The notes below the pieces were generated by a model, which saw nothing but the letters and a program-made list of their open reading frames with translations, was not told the DNA's origin and searched no databases. From positions 1 to 25,351 of IMG/VR virus record IMGVR_UViG_3300038674_000058: 25,351 nt of DNA; one strand, written 5' to 3'. Every line of letters starts with the position of its first letter. Positions within the stretch are counted from its first letter, which is position 1. The position numbers and the translations under genes were made by a program. The DNA is from a virus (lineage: Duplodnaviria; Caudoviricetes). Shown here in pieces: positions 24,720 through 25,351 of this stretch.

Positions 24720-25351
24720 ATGACCCTTGGTTCCAACCCGCCCTATTCGTACACCTCTGGAAACGGAATCACGAAAACGTTCACCTTCGACTTTCGTGCG
24801 TTCCTCACCAGCACTGGCGCAACCGGCGTTGAAGTGTCCATCGAAGACAACGATCCGTCGAGCGAAACCTACGGCGAACTTGAAGTCGTCACCGAGGGCG
24901 TCGAATACAGCGTCACTCTCGACGCCGACCCCGATGATGCCAGCCAGACGCTCGGCGGCACTGTCGAGTTCGTCACTGCGCCCACTGCGTTGCAGAACGT
25001 GTTGATCCTGTCGAAGACCGACCTGACGCAGCAGAAGGACTACTCCGGCGGCGGTACTTTTCCCGCCGCCTCCCACGAAGACGCGATTGACAAGCTCACC
25101 CGTGTGAACCAAGAGCAGCAGCTTGCGTTGAACATGTCTCTTCGAGTGCCGATCTTCGAGGCCGAGACGTTCAACCCTGTTCTCCCGAAGGCTTCGATTC
25201 GCGCTGGCAAGGCGTTCACATTCGACGAAAACGGCGACATCATCATGACCGACGCGGTTACGCAAGAGGTCATTGATAGTATCGAAGAGGCAGAGGCAAC
25301 TTCCGTAGCAAGCGCAGCTTCGGCGTCCGCAGCAGCCGCAACGGCCACAAC
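24720..25351 (+). CDS. tail fibre/spike, N-terminal T7 gp17-like attachment domain (partial)
   Basis: Not in the ORF track because there is no stop in the window. GAGGAGG precedes ATG 24720. MTLGSNPPYSYTSGNGITKTFTFDF...EYSVT...GGTVEF.TAP...LTQ..DY..GG.FPA.SHEDAIDKLT...Q, then an Ala/Ser-rich stalk. Confidence 0.9.
   Translation, partial: MTLGSNPPYSYTSGNGITKTFTFDFRAFLTSTGATGVEVSIEDNDPSSETYGELEVVTEGVEYSVTLDADPDDASQTLGGTVEFVTAPTALQNVLILSKTDLTQQKDYSGGGTFPAASHEDAIDKLTRVNQEQQLALNMSLRVPIFEAETFNPVLPKASIRAGKAFTFDENGDIIMTDAVTQEVIDSIEEAEATSVASAASASAAAATAT

Noticed and set aside
1-25351. Full TAG-to-sense recoding (genetic code 15)
   Set aside because: No TAG occurs inside conserved genes. ssb and the capsid gene end at their expected C-termini on TAG, and downstream genes have their own RBSs.
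24720-25351. BPP-1-like diversity-generating retroelement
   Set aside because: No reverse transcriptase or TR/VR pair in the window. The fibre C-terminus lies outside the window, so this cannot be assessed.

Overview
This window is a segment of a GC-rich, short-tailed (podovirus-type) dsDNA phage or prophage. Its virion module has T7/BPP-1/epsilon15-like architecture. The left ~2.6 kb is a leftward cluster of small, probably early genes: a DUF6117-like gene, a hypothetical gene, an SSB whose acidic tail resembles Desulfovibrio SSBs, a membrane protein and a 271-aa protein. A rightward small terminase follows, then a ~1.1 kb AT-rich non-coding control region with 10 TGAAGGAG repeats in both orientations, IHF-like sites and hairpins. 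The long rightward late operon runs: large terminase, two GNAT-like proteins, a small Gly/Pro-rich virion protein, portal, Bbp19-like protein, scaffold, small ORF, major capsid, decoration protein, tail adaptor, nozzle, five ejection/internal-virion-type genes, and the start of a T7 gp17-type tail fibre. Main observations: (1) the free-standing 271-aa protein looks like a paralogue of a cargo domain carried inside the ~1033-aa putative ejected virion protein; (2) six of seven spaced TAG-ending late genes are exactly in frame with the next gene, including one 3.3 kb frame broken only by TAG; (3) CC-GAA-GG mini-hairpins recur upstream of leftward genes, and a 43-bp hairpin repeat sits in front of both terminase genes. 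All family assignments come from motif recognition and synteny by eye. No database search was run.
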